Positions 13,654-24,750 of a DNA stretch of 64,000 bases are shown here, one piece after another. The position numbers were made by a program, and so were the translations under genes. A model generated the notes under the pieces. That model saw only the letters and a list, made by a program, of their open reading frames with translations, ran no database searches and was not told the DNA's origin. This DNA comes from Leucoraja ocellata. Taxonomy: Eukaryota. Within the stretch, counting starts at the first letter, position 1, and every line of letters begins with the position of its first letter. The stretch lies in NCBI GenBank assembly GCA_036785375.1, contig JAWMAR010000030.1, positions 7,192,001 to 7,256,000 on the forward strand, given 5' to 3'.

Positions 13654-13910
13654 TTACATATTCGTTGTGCTGCTGCAAGTAAGAATGTCATTGTTCTATC
13701 TGGGCCATATGATAATAAAACACTCTTGACTATTGAACTGTACCCTATGTTAATTAGATTTAAGATTCAGAACATACCCGCCTCAGGAGCACAACATCTC
13801 TCTGCATTTCTTCATCACTGCTGAGAAAGAAGGGTTTGTTCCATTCATCTTTATTGTTGCTGTTTTTTTTGCTGCCTGCACTCCAAACCCAGTTCTGTCA
13901 ATTCACATCA
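13654..13910 (+). repeat. ~257-bp direct duplication of 14718-14976
   Basis: Near-identical by eye (about 6 differences), from TTACATATT to AATTCACATCA. Confidence 0.92.
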
Positions 13911-14220
13911 ATTCACAAGACCCGGAGCGCGGCCTTGCATCACCCGGCGCAGCGTTAATGGCCGTGGGACAATTGTTATCGCCCGCCAGGGGCTCTGACT
14001 TTGACTCTGACATCGGGGGGAGAGGGAAGTGCAGGGGAGAGATACGTTTTTTTTGCCTTCCATCACAGCGAGGTGGAGATGCGCTGTGATGGATGTCTGT
14101 GTAAATTGTGTTGTGTCTTGGGTCTTTTTTTTCTTGTATGTATGACTGCAGAAACAACATTTCACTTGAGCCTTTATGAGGTTCAAGTGACAAATAAATT
14201 GTATTGTATTGTATTGTATT
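13911..14220 (+). mobile_element. Retroposon 3' end with terminal stem-loop and (TTGTA)n tail
   Basis: TCACTTGAGCCT-ttatg-AGGTTCAAGTGA hairpin, AATAAA, then TTGTA repeats. Confidence 0.65.
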
Positions 14221-14464
14221 GCTCCTAAACTCAAATCCACTCGGAATGAAGGCCAACATGCCATTAGCTTTCTTCACTGCCTGCTGTACCTGCATGTTTA
14301 CTTTCAGTGACTGATGTACAAGCACACCAACTTGGGTTTGGCTTGATTGTATTTATGTATAGTATTTTTTGATTTGATTGGAGAGCATGCAAAACAAAGC
14401 TGTACTGTACTTTGGTATAATAAACTAAAACCTACTCATGTGCATCAGCTCTGTGAAGGTGAAT

Positions 14465-14796
14465 GTGAGAACAGCTTTTTCCCTGCAGCCATTAGGCTAT
14501 TAAACACCACAACCTCCAAATAGGCTCTGAACTCACACACTATTATTGCACTATTATCGGATTTTCTTTTATGTGTACGTGTGTGTGTGTGTGGATGTGT
14601 GCGTGCATGAGTGCATGTGTGTGTGTGTGCGAGCGAGTGCCTGTGCATGGGTGGGTATGTATACACACACTGAACTGTATTTTTCTCATTTGTTATATTG
14701 TTTACAGTGCACTATGTTTACATATTCCGTTGTGCTGCTGCAAGTAAGAATGTCATTGTTCTATCTGGGCCATATGATAATAAAACACTCTTGACT
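14465..14796 (+). mobile_element. Rex1/Babar-type LINE 3' end with an internal (TG)n microsatellite
   Basis: NSFFPAAIRLLN-like coding end, (TG)n at 14572-14670, tail AATAAAACACTCTTGACT. Confidence 0.75.
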
Positions 14797-15227
14797 ATTG
14801 AACTGTACCCTATGTTAATTAGATTTAAGATTCAGAACATACCCGCCTCAGGAGCACAACATCTCTCTGCATTTCATCATCACTGCTGAGAAAGAAGGGT
14901 TTGTTCCGTTCATCTTTACTGCTTGCTGTTTTTTTTGCTGCCTGCACTCCAAACCCAGTTCTGTCAATTCACATCAGTAAGAGAGTTGGAGTGGAAAATC
15001 AAATATGGGCGCAGGGCATAACCAACGTATTCACAAAGTGCAAAGAGTCTGTCAGCTCAATACTGTACATCACTCAGTAAAGGGAACTATTCATAGAAAA
15101 AAATTGAGACATAATGCTAATCTCAGAAAATTATAATGGTACTTTAGTGGTCTGCAAAACGACTACTGGAGTTTTCAACAGATCTTTATTCGAAAGTTCA
15201 AGTTGCAGCATACAGGCTTATCAGACA

Positions 15228-15390
15228 CGTCTGCCCACAACGGTGGTCAGCGCTGAACTGATGCGCGCAAGGGAAAAACCGCGCAAAAACAACAGGTTCG
15301 CCCGAGTCACATGACCGTGGCTTCCGAACGCCGGGTTCGATATCTGCATGCGCCAGCAGGCACCGCTACAGTACACTGATTGGCTGCTGG
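15228..15390. promoter_or_regulatory. CpG-rich promoter-like patch
   Basis: 16 CpG in about 140 bp; GTCACATGAC (15306), TGCATGCGC (15345), CTGATTGGCT (15376), CCGCGCAAAA, GCTTCCG. Confidence 0.5.
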
Positions 15391-16217
15391 GTACTCAGTG
15401 GATCCACTAAGAAAACCTGGCCTGAAATCACTCTGTGACCTCACTTCCAAGATATATGTTTCATTTACTTCCCCACAATAGCAAGGACAGATGTCTGGAG
15501 CACAGCCTTGAAGAGGATGTTTGATGAACAACGATGAATTGCTCAGATATAGTTCATATCCTTGTTTATAAAGGCAAGTGGATGAATGGGGATACCATTC
15601 TATTCAAATCATATGTTGTTTCAACTTGCAAACACACTGCAACTCCATCATCATTAGGTCTAAATGCAAGAGCTCATTTCCTTATAGCACTGGGAACACC
15701 ATGACCATGCAGACTGCCTCCATTCCAGGTGAATCACGAACACCTTCCCAAGGGCACTTGGAGACGAATAATAATTAATTATTCACCTGCATCATGTACA
15801 TTTGACCTTTCACAAAATGGACATTATCCTATCAAACCATAAATTCCAGAAGTGCCACAAATTAATTAAGAGATTTAAAGGATGCTTTCATTCTACCGCT
15901 GATAATGGCAGAAACATCTGTTGTGCTTATCACCACCTATATAACAACAACAGTGGGCAGTTTATATAATAACAAGGCACTTTGGAGATCGTGCAAGCAC
16001 TCCACCTCTCACAGAGTTTCACTGGTTACACCCACTACTGAAGGCTTAAAGCATGATCTCTTCTCTCCAATTACAATTCTCCTTCAAACAGCCTTTATTT
16101 CCAAACATAAATCTCCAACGTTATAACTGGCATGGTCTTATTTGTGTTTTGGAACAACAGGCACCTTGGCTCATGATGCGAATCATAATATCAAATTAAA
16201 TATCTGGCTGCACATAG

Positions 16218-16383
16218 ACAGACACAAAATGCTGGAGTAACCCATCAGGTCAGGCTGCAGCTCTGGAGAAAATGGATAGGTAACGTTTTGGGTGTGGACC
16301 CTTTCTTCTAGGTCTGAAGAAGGGTCCTGATCTGAAACTACACATATCCATTTTCTCCAGACTTGCTGTCTGATCTGCTGGAA
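16218..16383. mobile_element. Fold-back pLTR-derived mini-element (degenerate)
   Basis: Inverted arms around CCCTTTCTTCTAGGTCTGAAGAAGGG. Confidence 0.65.
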
Positions 16384-16664
16384 ACAGACCCTTTGACCCA
16401 ACTTGCCAATGCTGACCAAAATCCCCCATCGACATTAGTCCCATCTGCCCCATATCCCTCCACTATTTATGTACCTGTCCAAATGTCCTTTAAATTATAG
16501 TACATGCCTCAAATACCTCCTCTGACAGCTCGATCCAAATATCCACCACCCTTTATGTGAAAATGGTGTCCCTCAGCTTTCTATAACATCCCTTCTCACC
16601 TTATTCCTTGACGGTGCATTCAAAGACTTTCAAAAGGATCTTTGAGTCTGCCATCTTTTCATTC

Positions 16665-17990
16665 TAAGATTGACACAAAATGTTGGAGTAACTCAGCGGG
16701 TCAGGCAGCATCTACGGAGAGAAGGAATGAGTGGCATTTTGGGTCGAGACCCTTCTTGAGACTAATGTCAGGGCAGTGGGTGGTACAGAGATAAAATGTA
16801 GTCGGAGATAATAAGACTTGTGAGAGAACTGGGAAGGGGGAGGGGATGGAGAGAGAGGGAAAGCAAGCGCTACTTGAAGTTAGAGAAGTCAATGTTCAGA
16901 CCACTGGGGTGTAAGCTACCTCAGCAAAATACAAGGTGCTGTTCCTCCATATGCGCTGGGCCTCACCCTGACAATGGAGGGGGCCCAGGACAGAAAGGTC
17001 AGATTGGAAATGGAAGGGGGAGTTAAAGAGCTGAGCAACCGAGAGTCAAGGTAGGTTTAGGTGGACTGAGCGAAAGTGTTCAGTAAAACGATCACCGAGC
17101 CTGCGTTTGGTCTCGCCAATATGGCAATACATGGTAAATGGTAGGGAATTGAAGAATGTAGGTGAACAGAGGGATCTGGGAATAACTGTGCACAGTTCCC
17201 TGAAAGTGGAATCTCATGTAGATAGGGTGGTAAAGAAAGCTTTTGGTGTGCTGGCCTTTATAAATCAGAGCATTGAGTATAGAAGTTGGGATGTAATGTT
17301 AAAATTGTACAAGGCATTGGTGAGGCCAATTCTGGAGTATGGTGTACAATTTTGGTCGCCTAATTATAGGAAGGATGTCAACAAAATAGAGAGAGTACAG
17401 AGAAGATTTACTAGAATGTTGCCTGGGTTTCAGCAACTAAGTTACAGAGAAAGGTTGAACAAGTTAGGGCTTTATTCTTTGGAGCGCAGAAGGCTAAGGG
17501 GGGACTTGATAGAGGTTTTTAAAATGATGAGAGGGATAGACAGAGTTGACGTGGAAAAGCTTTTCCCACTGAGAGTAGGGAAGATTCAAACAAGGGGACA
17601 TGACATGAGAATTAAGGGACTGAAGTTTAGGGGTAACATGAGGGGGAACTTCTTTACTCAGAGAGTGGTAGCTGTGTGGAATGAGCTTCCAGTGAAGGTG
17701 GTGGAGGCAGGTTCGTTTTTATCATTTAAAAATAAATTGGATAGTTATATGGATGGGAAGGGAATGGAGGGTTATGGTCTGAGCGCAGGTATATGGGACT
17801 AGGGGAGATTATGTGTTCGGCACGGACAAGAAGGGTCGAGATGGCCTGTTTCCGTGCTGTAATTGTTATATGGTTATATGGTTAATATACAGGAGCCTAC
17901 ATCTGGAACACTTGGCGAGACCAAGCGCAGGCTTGGTGATCTTGTCAATTATATTTGCCGATTCCAACCTCAAGGCACTCTCTGCTTTCA
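16665..17990 (-). mobile_element. Penelope-like element 3' fragment with pLTR, interrupted by a CR1
   Basis: Same 3' sequence as 3540-3960; the GIY-YIG region (CSRCRLLYI|GETKRRL) is split at 17122/17884. Confidence 0.8.
17123..17883 (+). mobile_element. Young 5'-truncated CR1 LINE nested in the PLE
   Basis: Uninterrupted frame ...EQRDLGITV...LYKALVRPILEYGVQFWSP...FTQRVVAVWNELP (ORF 17107-17802); (ATGGTTAT)n tail; AATAT TSD at 17118-17122 and 17884-17888. Confidence 0.92.
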
Positions 17991-18491
17991 GGCTCTCTTG
18001 AGCGCACTGCTGACCTGTGTAGTAAGTAGTAGTATTCCTGACCTCAAATGATGGCCTTGCATGATGTAACCCCATTATATGATGGAATGGGTCTATGTAT
18101 AGATCCAAACAACACTAAACACTAAGGAAGCAATGGATATATTTTAAATATGTGATATAAAATAATTAAAAAATAGAAACATATTTCTTGCGGCCAATGC
18201 CCTTCGTATAAATTAATGGGTCTGCTGTTTCTCTGTTTCTCGGCCAGACTGCTGTAGTGGACAGATATCCCACTGCACTGGGGAACTCCAATAAGCTCTC
18301 ACCTCACTGCTGGATTCAGGCTGCCTGGAAACTGCCACTGAAGAACAACGAACAAGTTTGCAACAACAGCTTTCACACAATAACCTGACTTGTACAGAGC
18401 TTGGCAGAGAACTGCTGGCATTTCCCAACAGGTTACTGCCGACAATGTCTGAATCTACATAGAAACAAGTGGACAGCAGAAATCTATCCTG

Positions 18492-18510
18492 GAGCACCCT
18501 CTGGTGGTCA
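18492..18510 (-). promoter_or_regulatory. Candidate CTCF binding site
   Basis: TGACCACCAGAGGGTGCTC on -, close to the CTCF core consensus. Confidence 0.45.
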
Positions 18511-19061
18511 GAAGTGGAGCTTCAGCTCAAATTGTTCATTCAAGCCTTGAATATTTTACAGATAAGAAAGTGCTTATGAAGTGTAATCCAAGTGAAGTGA
18601 TCTGATGCAAGGCACTTGTGCAATATAGCAGGTGCAATGTCTCATCTGAAAAATCGATACATTGCAGTGACCTCTGGTACCACAAGGAAGTGACAACTAC
18701 GATTCACCCAATATTAGTATTAGCGTGAACTAATATTATTCAATTTTAAGATTCAGAGCTGTGGGCCTCTGTGAATAGATTAACATATTCTTAATATTTT
18801 GATTAATGTAAAAATATGAAAGTTCTTCCTTCTCAATAAGTTGTGCCAATCTAATGGGCTGTTGTTGCCGGAGCGTTTTCAAAACCAGCTGTTTTTTCCT
18901 CAAATTGGTGTCTTTATCTCAATATCTGTCTTTGTAATTTGGTATCTCAAATGTTTTGTTGAAAGGTCATCAACCTAAAATGTTAATGCACATTTCCCTC
19001 CGCTGTTGCTGCCTGACAAGCTAAGCAACTCCAGTGTTTTATTCTTGTTTTACTTTTCTTT

Positions 19062-19358
19062 GGGGCAGCACAGTGATGCAGCAGTAGAATTGTGCCTTGC
19101 AGCACCAAACACCTGTGTTCGGTCCTGACTATGGGTGCTGTCTGTATGGAGTCTGTATGGAGTTTGTAAGTTCACCCTGTTACCAGGTGTATTTTTACCG
19201 GGTGCTCTGGTATCCTCCCACATTCCAAAGACGTGCGGGTTTGTAGGTTAATTGGCTTCTGTAAATTGCCCCTAGTGGGTTGGATAGAACCAGTGTGCAT
19301 GGACTTGGTGGGCCGAAGGACCCATTTCCACATTGTATCTCTAAACTAAATCTAAACC
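19062..19358 (+). mobile_element. HE1-like V-SINE
   Basis: tRNA-like head, V-domain, (CTAAA) tail; matches 5648-5930. Confidence 0.8.
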
Positions 19359-21104
19359 AAATGTCTCGACCTCCTGCACTTATCTTGCTATTCAACCACC
19401 TCATAGTTAACAGCAGATTCCTTTTCAGTTTTTGAGAATCTGCTCCTTCCTATCGGTTTCCTTTCAAAGCATTTTTATACATATCTCTCTCTCCTGTGTC
19501 ACACTGCCTTCCTCCTTAATTATCCCACCCCTATTCCCCATCTAAATCTGGTTACAGGTTTTTAATCAATATTATTGCATTTATAGTTTCCTGCGGCATA
19601 ATTGCTTCGAACGTCCTGCATGCTCCAATAACATGATATATGTTACATCTTTCCATTTCCTATTGTCTAATCTATTGTACAGTTCTGTTATCTCAGCCCT
19701 TCTTCCCACTTGGAACAGGTTCATTTGATTTTACTGGTGTTGCTTTATACTCCCATCTGCCTTTTAGCTTTTTAAAAAATATATACGTTTTTTAGTCTTA
19801 TTCACGAAATGGGGAAAATTGCTTTCAGTGCAATGTAGACAAGAAGCCAGACAATAAAACAAAAGATATTTAAGAATTAATAAATTAAGAACTGGAGGGG
19901 GAAGAGAAATCTTGTCTTGCAGTGAATTGTTGTGATCTAGAATATAATGTATTTAATGATACGTGGATGCACACATGAAAAAGGAAATGTGCTGACTCTA
20001 GGGAAAGGGCAGGGAGAGAGGATCTAATTGGATAGCTCTGTTAAAGAGCATACACTGGAGTGCCATAAAAACTAGCTTCTGTAATACATGAGGGTGTCAT
20101 TTATTAGCTCATGTTTCACAGGTCAGTGGCTGGCAATTTCCTCAGTATATTTCAATTTAAAAAGCACAGAATCTATGTGTGAAGAGTTAGTCATGCTTTT
20201 ACCCTCGCTCAATGATGCTGTCAGCAATTAAACCACACACAATTATTCATAAGCAAGACTGAAAGAATGTAGGTATACAGAGCTTGCAAAAATGCAAATA
20301 AATTGATTTCCTATTATTAAACACTGACAGGCCTTTTTTTCAGTCAGTATGCTTGTGAGTGAGGATAAGCTTCTGAAATTGCCTGTGGGGATTATATGAA
20401 TGGGTGTGTATGCAATTATATTGTCTAGTGTTTTAATGAAGTTCAATCACTAATTGATAGACAGAGAGTCATGTGTTCAAGTCCCACTTCAGGATCGGTA
20501 GCACAAATGTTTAGGTTGGCAATGCCGGTGGAGTGCTGAGAGAGCTCTGCCATGTCTCGAAATTTAATTTGTTTCCTAAGGTAGGAATTGAAGACTCCTA
20601 GCATTCTTTATGTAGAACGAGAGTTATCCCCAGTGTTCCAAGCCCAGTATGTCGACCTGCAGTAGTTGCTTAAGGGTCAGATTGTTCAACCTGCTGACAA
20701 CTGTTGTGGAGGTAACTGCTACTATTTTCCTTCATTCTAGTTGGCAATGACCAGATAGATGAGCTGGCTAACCTGCCACCTGTTAGCCAGTGAAGCAGGT
20801 GCCTCGCTGTGCTGTTGGGAGCCAGAATCCCCAGCCTTTGCCTCTCTGGGGAGCCACTGCCAATCAGTATCCCACGGCACTGAGATTCAACCCCCCGAGA
20901 GTGCTGAGTGACAGACGCCTCTAGTTGAGAGGCCAGGGTCTTTATCCCAGTCTGAAGGTTATTGGTGGGGTTGAGGAAGAGTGTGGGGCAAACAGTTGTA
21001 TAGGTTAGACACAGGCACAATATTCACTTCTCCGTCCCACAAGGGAATATGAATGCTGATGTACAATTGTTAATACTGTGACCATTGTTGACCCATGTAA
21101 GAGA

Positions 21105-21270
21105 GAAAATCGCAAAGTGCTGGAGGAACTCAGTGGGTCAGTCTGAAGATGTGTCCTGACCCAAAATGTCATCTGATGATCCCTTCATAGATGCTGCCTG
21201 ACCCGCTGAGATACTCAAGCACTTTGTGTCGATCCTCAATATAAACCAGCACCTGCAGTTCCTTTCTGTA
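21105..21270. mobile_element. Fold-back pLTR-derived mini-element
   Basis: GCTGGAGGAACTCAGTGGGTCA...GATGCTGCCTGACCCGCTGAG; contains CTGAAGA...CAAAATGTC, a degenerate hammerhead core. Confidence 0.65.
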
Positions 21271-22084
21271 CATCTTTAGAGGATTTCACATTAAGTCTAT
21301 TTTCTTGCATTACATGCTTTAAATACACTGGATGTGTACTGGGCTGCCCCAGACTGGATTTTCCTTGGTTGTACTTATGGTGTTAGGTGAAGTTTAATCA
21401 GCAACCTGTACTCAAGCTGGATTAGACCAACTTTGCAAGTATTTGGATTCATCAGACTCTTGATTGCATAACATGTGGTGGAAAAGATCAGAAAGCAGAG
21501 ACCGATTCACTGAAAGACAGTGATAACATGAATCACTGGGGGAAGTGGTCAGTGAGCAGGAAGAAATTAAAAGCTTGATAACTAGTCGGGTTAGTTTGTC
21601 ACACAGCTTCTGTTTCTTATGGGGGGGAAGAGAGGAAGACGCGATGAGCCTGGTGATACTGGACATTGCAACATTCAGCCGCTGCTGAATAATTGCCCTG
21701 CGAACTTTGTTCCGTCATTGATGGGCTGCAGGTTTATTGTCATTGGTAGGTAAAAGGAGTGGAGTTGTGACCAGCATGGGAAAAAAAATATCTGCTGCAA
21801 AACTAGATTGTTCCAGTGGATAACAGACTATCGTGAATGAAAACAGTGGAAGTGTGAAAGGACTGTATGAAACCAAAATAAACATATTTATGTTCAGGTC
21901 GATGGAGCACTGTGTCTATTAGTAGTCTGTGTGAGTGATTAGCCATGATCACATTGAATGGCGGTGCTGGCTCAAAGGGCCGAATGGCCTACTCCTGCAC
22001 CTATTGTCTATTCTGCAATGTGGAATATGCAAATCTGAGCAGACCTATGTAATAAAATAATGTGAACTAAACAAATACTTTTTT

Positions 22085-22303
22085 CAGAAAGAACTGCAGA
22101 TGCTGGAAAAATCAAGGTAGACAAAAATGCTGGAGAAACTCAGCGGGTGAGGCAGCACCTATGGAGCGAAGGACTAGACGACGTTTTGGGTCGAGACCCT
22201 TCTTCAGACTTTTGGACAAGGATCATGATCCAAAATATCGCTTATTCCTTTGCTCTGTAGATGCTGCCTCACCCGCTGAGTTTCTCCAGCTTTTTTGTCT
22301 ACC
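22085..22303. mobile_element. Fold-back pLTR-derived mini-element
   Basis: Arms GGTAGACAAAAATGCTGGAGAAACTCAGCGGGTGAGGCAGCA and TGCTGCCTCACCCGCTGAGTTTCTCCAGCTTTTTTGTCTACC; degenerate TSD AAAC/GAAATAC. Confidence 0.8.
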
Positions 22304-23389
22304 AAAGAAATACATGTGTAACTCAGCAGTGCATGCGAGAAAGAGTTGAATAGAACTGCGAGTGTTAGCAAACTTGTGCAATGGGAGAGCATGAATGGAC
22401 TGTTCTGTGCTGAAACCAAGTTTAAATATGAGCGTGCTGCTGACAAGGCTCGCACTATTGCTGTCCTTGATTGCCTCTGAAAATGTGGTAATAAATCTTC
22501 ACAAACCAATAGGAGATGCCAATTCAGAGTAAATCAATGCATAACTAAATATTCCCAGAGACTGCGTAGATTGGAATTAGATTCCAAACTCAGGCATTGT
22601 AAAAAGCATTGACTGACATTTAAACATACGAACCTTAAACAGGCAAATTCAGCAGCTCTTGGACAAATGTACTATTGACTTAGGATGGAGAAAAAAATGT
22701 CAGTTAGTTTCATCTGAACTAAAACCTTGATTTCTTGTTTGCATTTTCAGCCTCATCGTCACAGAAGGTCTGCAATCATTCCTTGATAGAAATAGATCTC
22801 CACTCGCTCGTTCCTGGAAGAAATTAGAAATAAAGGATCTGTAAAGTTAAGAGCAGAGGTTTTGATGGATGGAGGTGAATGTGTCAGCAGCTGTGCAAAC
22901 AGTGGACAAGAATTCCTCACCGATCAATTTCCCCGATTGTGATTTATTTTCCGCTGGAACAAGATCAGATGCGAGTGCATAACCTGCTTGGAATGTACGC
23001 CTCTGTTATTATTTTTGGGCAAACTTTATCCCAATAAAAATAGACTCCCACCTGCAAAAGGAATCCTGCTCCACGTTTATTGATTGAATATTGCACAGCT
23101 TAATATTAATGGTTTTGTCTAGACAATTTGGTACATACCATCTCACTGAGTAGATGAAATATAAAACAAAAAGACTTGGTATGAATGTCTCTAGTTGCTT
23201 CAGATGTCATACAGCTCAGGGCTTTGTGTTGGTTTGGGAAAGAATTCAGCCAATTTCCTTTGGACAAGGTTGGCAACCACCACCAAGGTAAATTTTCAGT
23301 CGACTTGTCTTTTAACATTCTTAATGTCACGTTAAAGTACCAAAACTGACAAGGGTTTGACTGGATTGAATGTTATTCATAGGATAATC

Positions 23390-23945
23390 CGTTTCACAAT
23401 GCACCACTCCATATAGCTCGCCAACAAGGTGACATTTCCCAAGGAACACTCATCAACAGTTCAGGCACTCTCTATAATGTCCCCTCAGACAGCTCACTCA
23501 GTCTAACAATGCAATGCTCAATACTGTCCCTCTGTCAGTGCTGCAGTGCTTGTGACCTATTCATCGGAGTATGCCAGTGTCTGTACTGACATTTGTCTTT
23601 CAGTTTTCCTTAAAAACTGCTTTTCCAATAATGCAACAAACAGCATTGACACTCCAAGACTGTGACTGTCCCCAAGTTCTTGCTCTCTATAACAATGGTG
23701 TTCTAAATGCTGCCCCCACCTCCTCAACAATGCACATGTTCCTCAGTTCTGCTTCAACAGAAGTGGGGCGCTCTCTCACTCAATGCCCTGGCAGTGTGAC
23801 CCTGCCTCAGTATTGCCTCTTCAGCAGTGCAGTGGTCCCTCTGCTTTGCCTGACAATGTTGTGCTCTCTCAATAAGACCCTTCTGATAGTGTTGTGATCC
23901 CACATTACCCCCTCGCTAACAGTGCATTGTCCTGAAGTATCCGCT
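23390..23945 (+). repeat. Highly degenerate ~30-35-bp tandem repeat (ACAGTGCAG...CCCTCAGTA-like unit)
   Basis: Recurring aca(a/g)tgca...cctcagt...tg(c)cct motifs at roughly 33-bp spacing. Confidence 0.5.
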
Positions 23946-24469
23946 GAGCTTGCGAATTAATTGCTTCTCATGAATGTTAATAAAGGGGAAAGCAGATGGC
24001 AGGTTTAAACAGCATCAAAGTAAAAAGAGAAAAATCCTGTTTGGGAGTTAAGTCCTTTGCAAAATTTCTCACAGATGTCATTGTACTCAGATCAAGTGCC
24101 CTTCAAAATATTTGTCCAAAGATCATTTTCACATTTTTTTGCAAATTTAATTTACTCTGAAATAAAAGGCTATTATACCAAGAACAATACAACAGATTGT
24201 GCATTTCATAAGTCTGTAGCTCCACAAGAAATTTATAAATAGAATATTCTGCCCATTTTAATTTAAACTCAAAAAAAATCTTTATTCCTTCCCTGCCTCT
24301 TAACCTTATTGATTCAGTGTTCGCCTTCTCTACACAACAATCGGTTTAGCATTCATAACATTCCTGTTCCTTGCGGTCTTCTCCTCTGGGAATTGCCTGC
24401 TATTATAGAGCACCCCGACAGATGGGATGTCCCTTGACTGTGAATTGCTGTGATGTCAGGGCAGTGCTG

Positions 24470-24640
24470 TGTATAATTGGATAGATGTGCATTGGACCCT
24501 GTGTTGCACCGATTCTCTCAATACCATCAGCTGCATCACCAGCGAATCTCAGTCCCAGTGGGATTAAGGCTGTGCGTGCATTTCATCACTCTTGCTGCCT
24601 CTATTAAGTACAGAGCCCCAGCGACAGAATTTAAACGAAA
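24470..24640 (+). promoter_or_regulatory. Putative NDNF-like core promoter (TATA-like TATTAA 24602-24607; ATTGG boxes at 24476 and 24491)
   Basis: Motif positions relative to the predicted exon 1; no transcript evidence. Confidence 0.4.
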
Positions 24641-24708
24641 ATTGGGGTACGACAGTCACAGCTTTCTGTCAGAGCAAACCAGTCTGAAAGAATTTGAGAG
24701 ATTAGACC

Positions 24709-24750
24709 ATGGAGGAAAAGAGGACTATCGGACACAAGCGCAACACACAG
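24709..24750 (+). CDS. ndnfl: NDNF-like exon 1 (coding part from upstream ATG; may be 5' UTR)
   Basis: ACCATGG Kozak context, 14 codons MEEKRTIGHKRNTQ, donor CAG|GTAGAG at phase 0, in frame with exon 2; TATA-like element about 100 bp upstream. Confidence 0.55.

Larger units (their letters stand above)
13035..14330 (-). mobile_element. CR1 LINE 3' fragment, split by an insertion at 13648-14218
   Basis: [16 protein letters not shown]...FEFRS (14220-14330) continues as [25 protein letters not shown]...[13 protein letters not shown] (13181-13647), followed by a CR1 3' UTR. Confidence 0.9.

Noticed and set aside
17107-17802. 231-aa ORF as a host gene
   Set aside because: It is the C-terminus of CR1 ORF2 in a 5'-truncated insertion, with no true start or promoter.
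18213-18497. Exon-like GC-richer segment
   Set aside because: The frames examined contain stops or give unrecognisable peptides.
20670-21020. 116-aa minus ORF or enhancer-like segment with E-boxes
   Set aside because: No protein similarity recognised, and the motifs are too short to support a call without conservation data.
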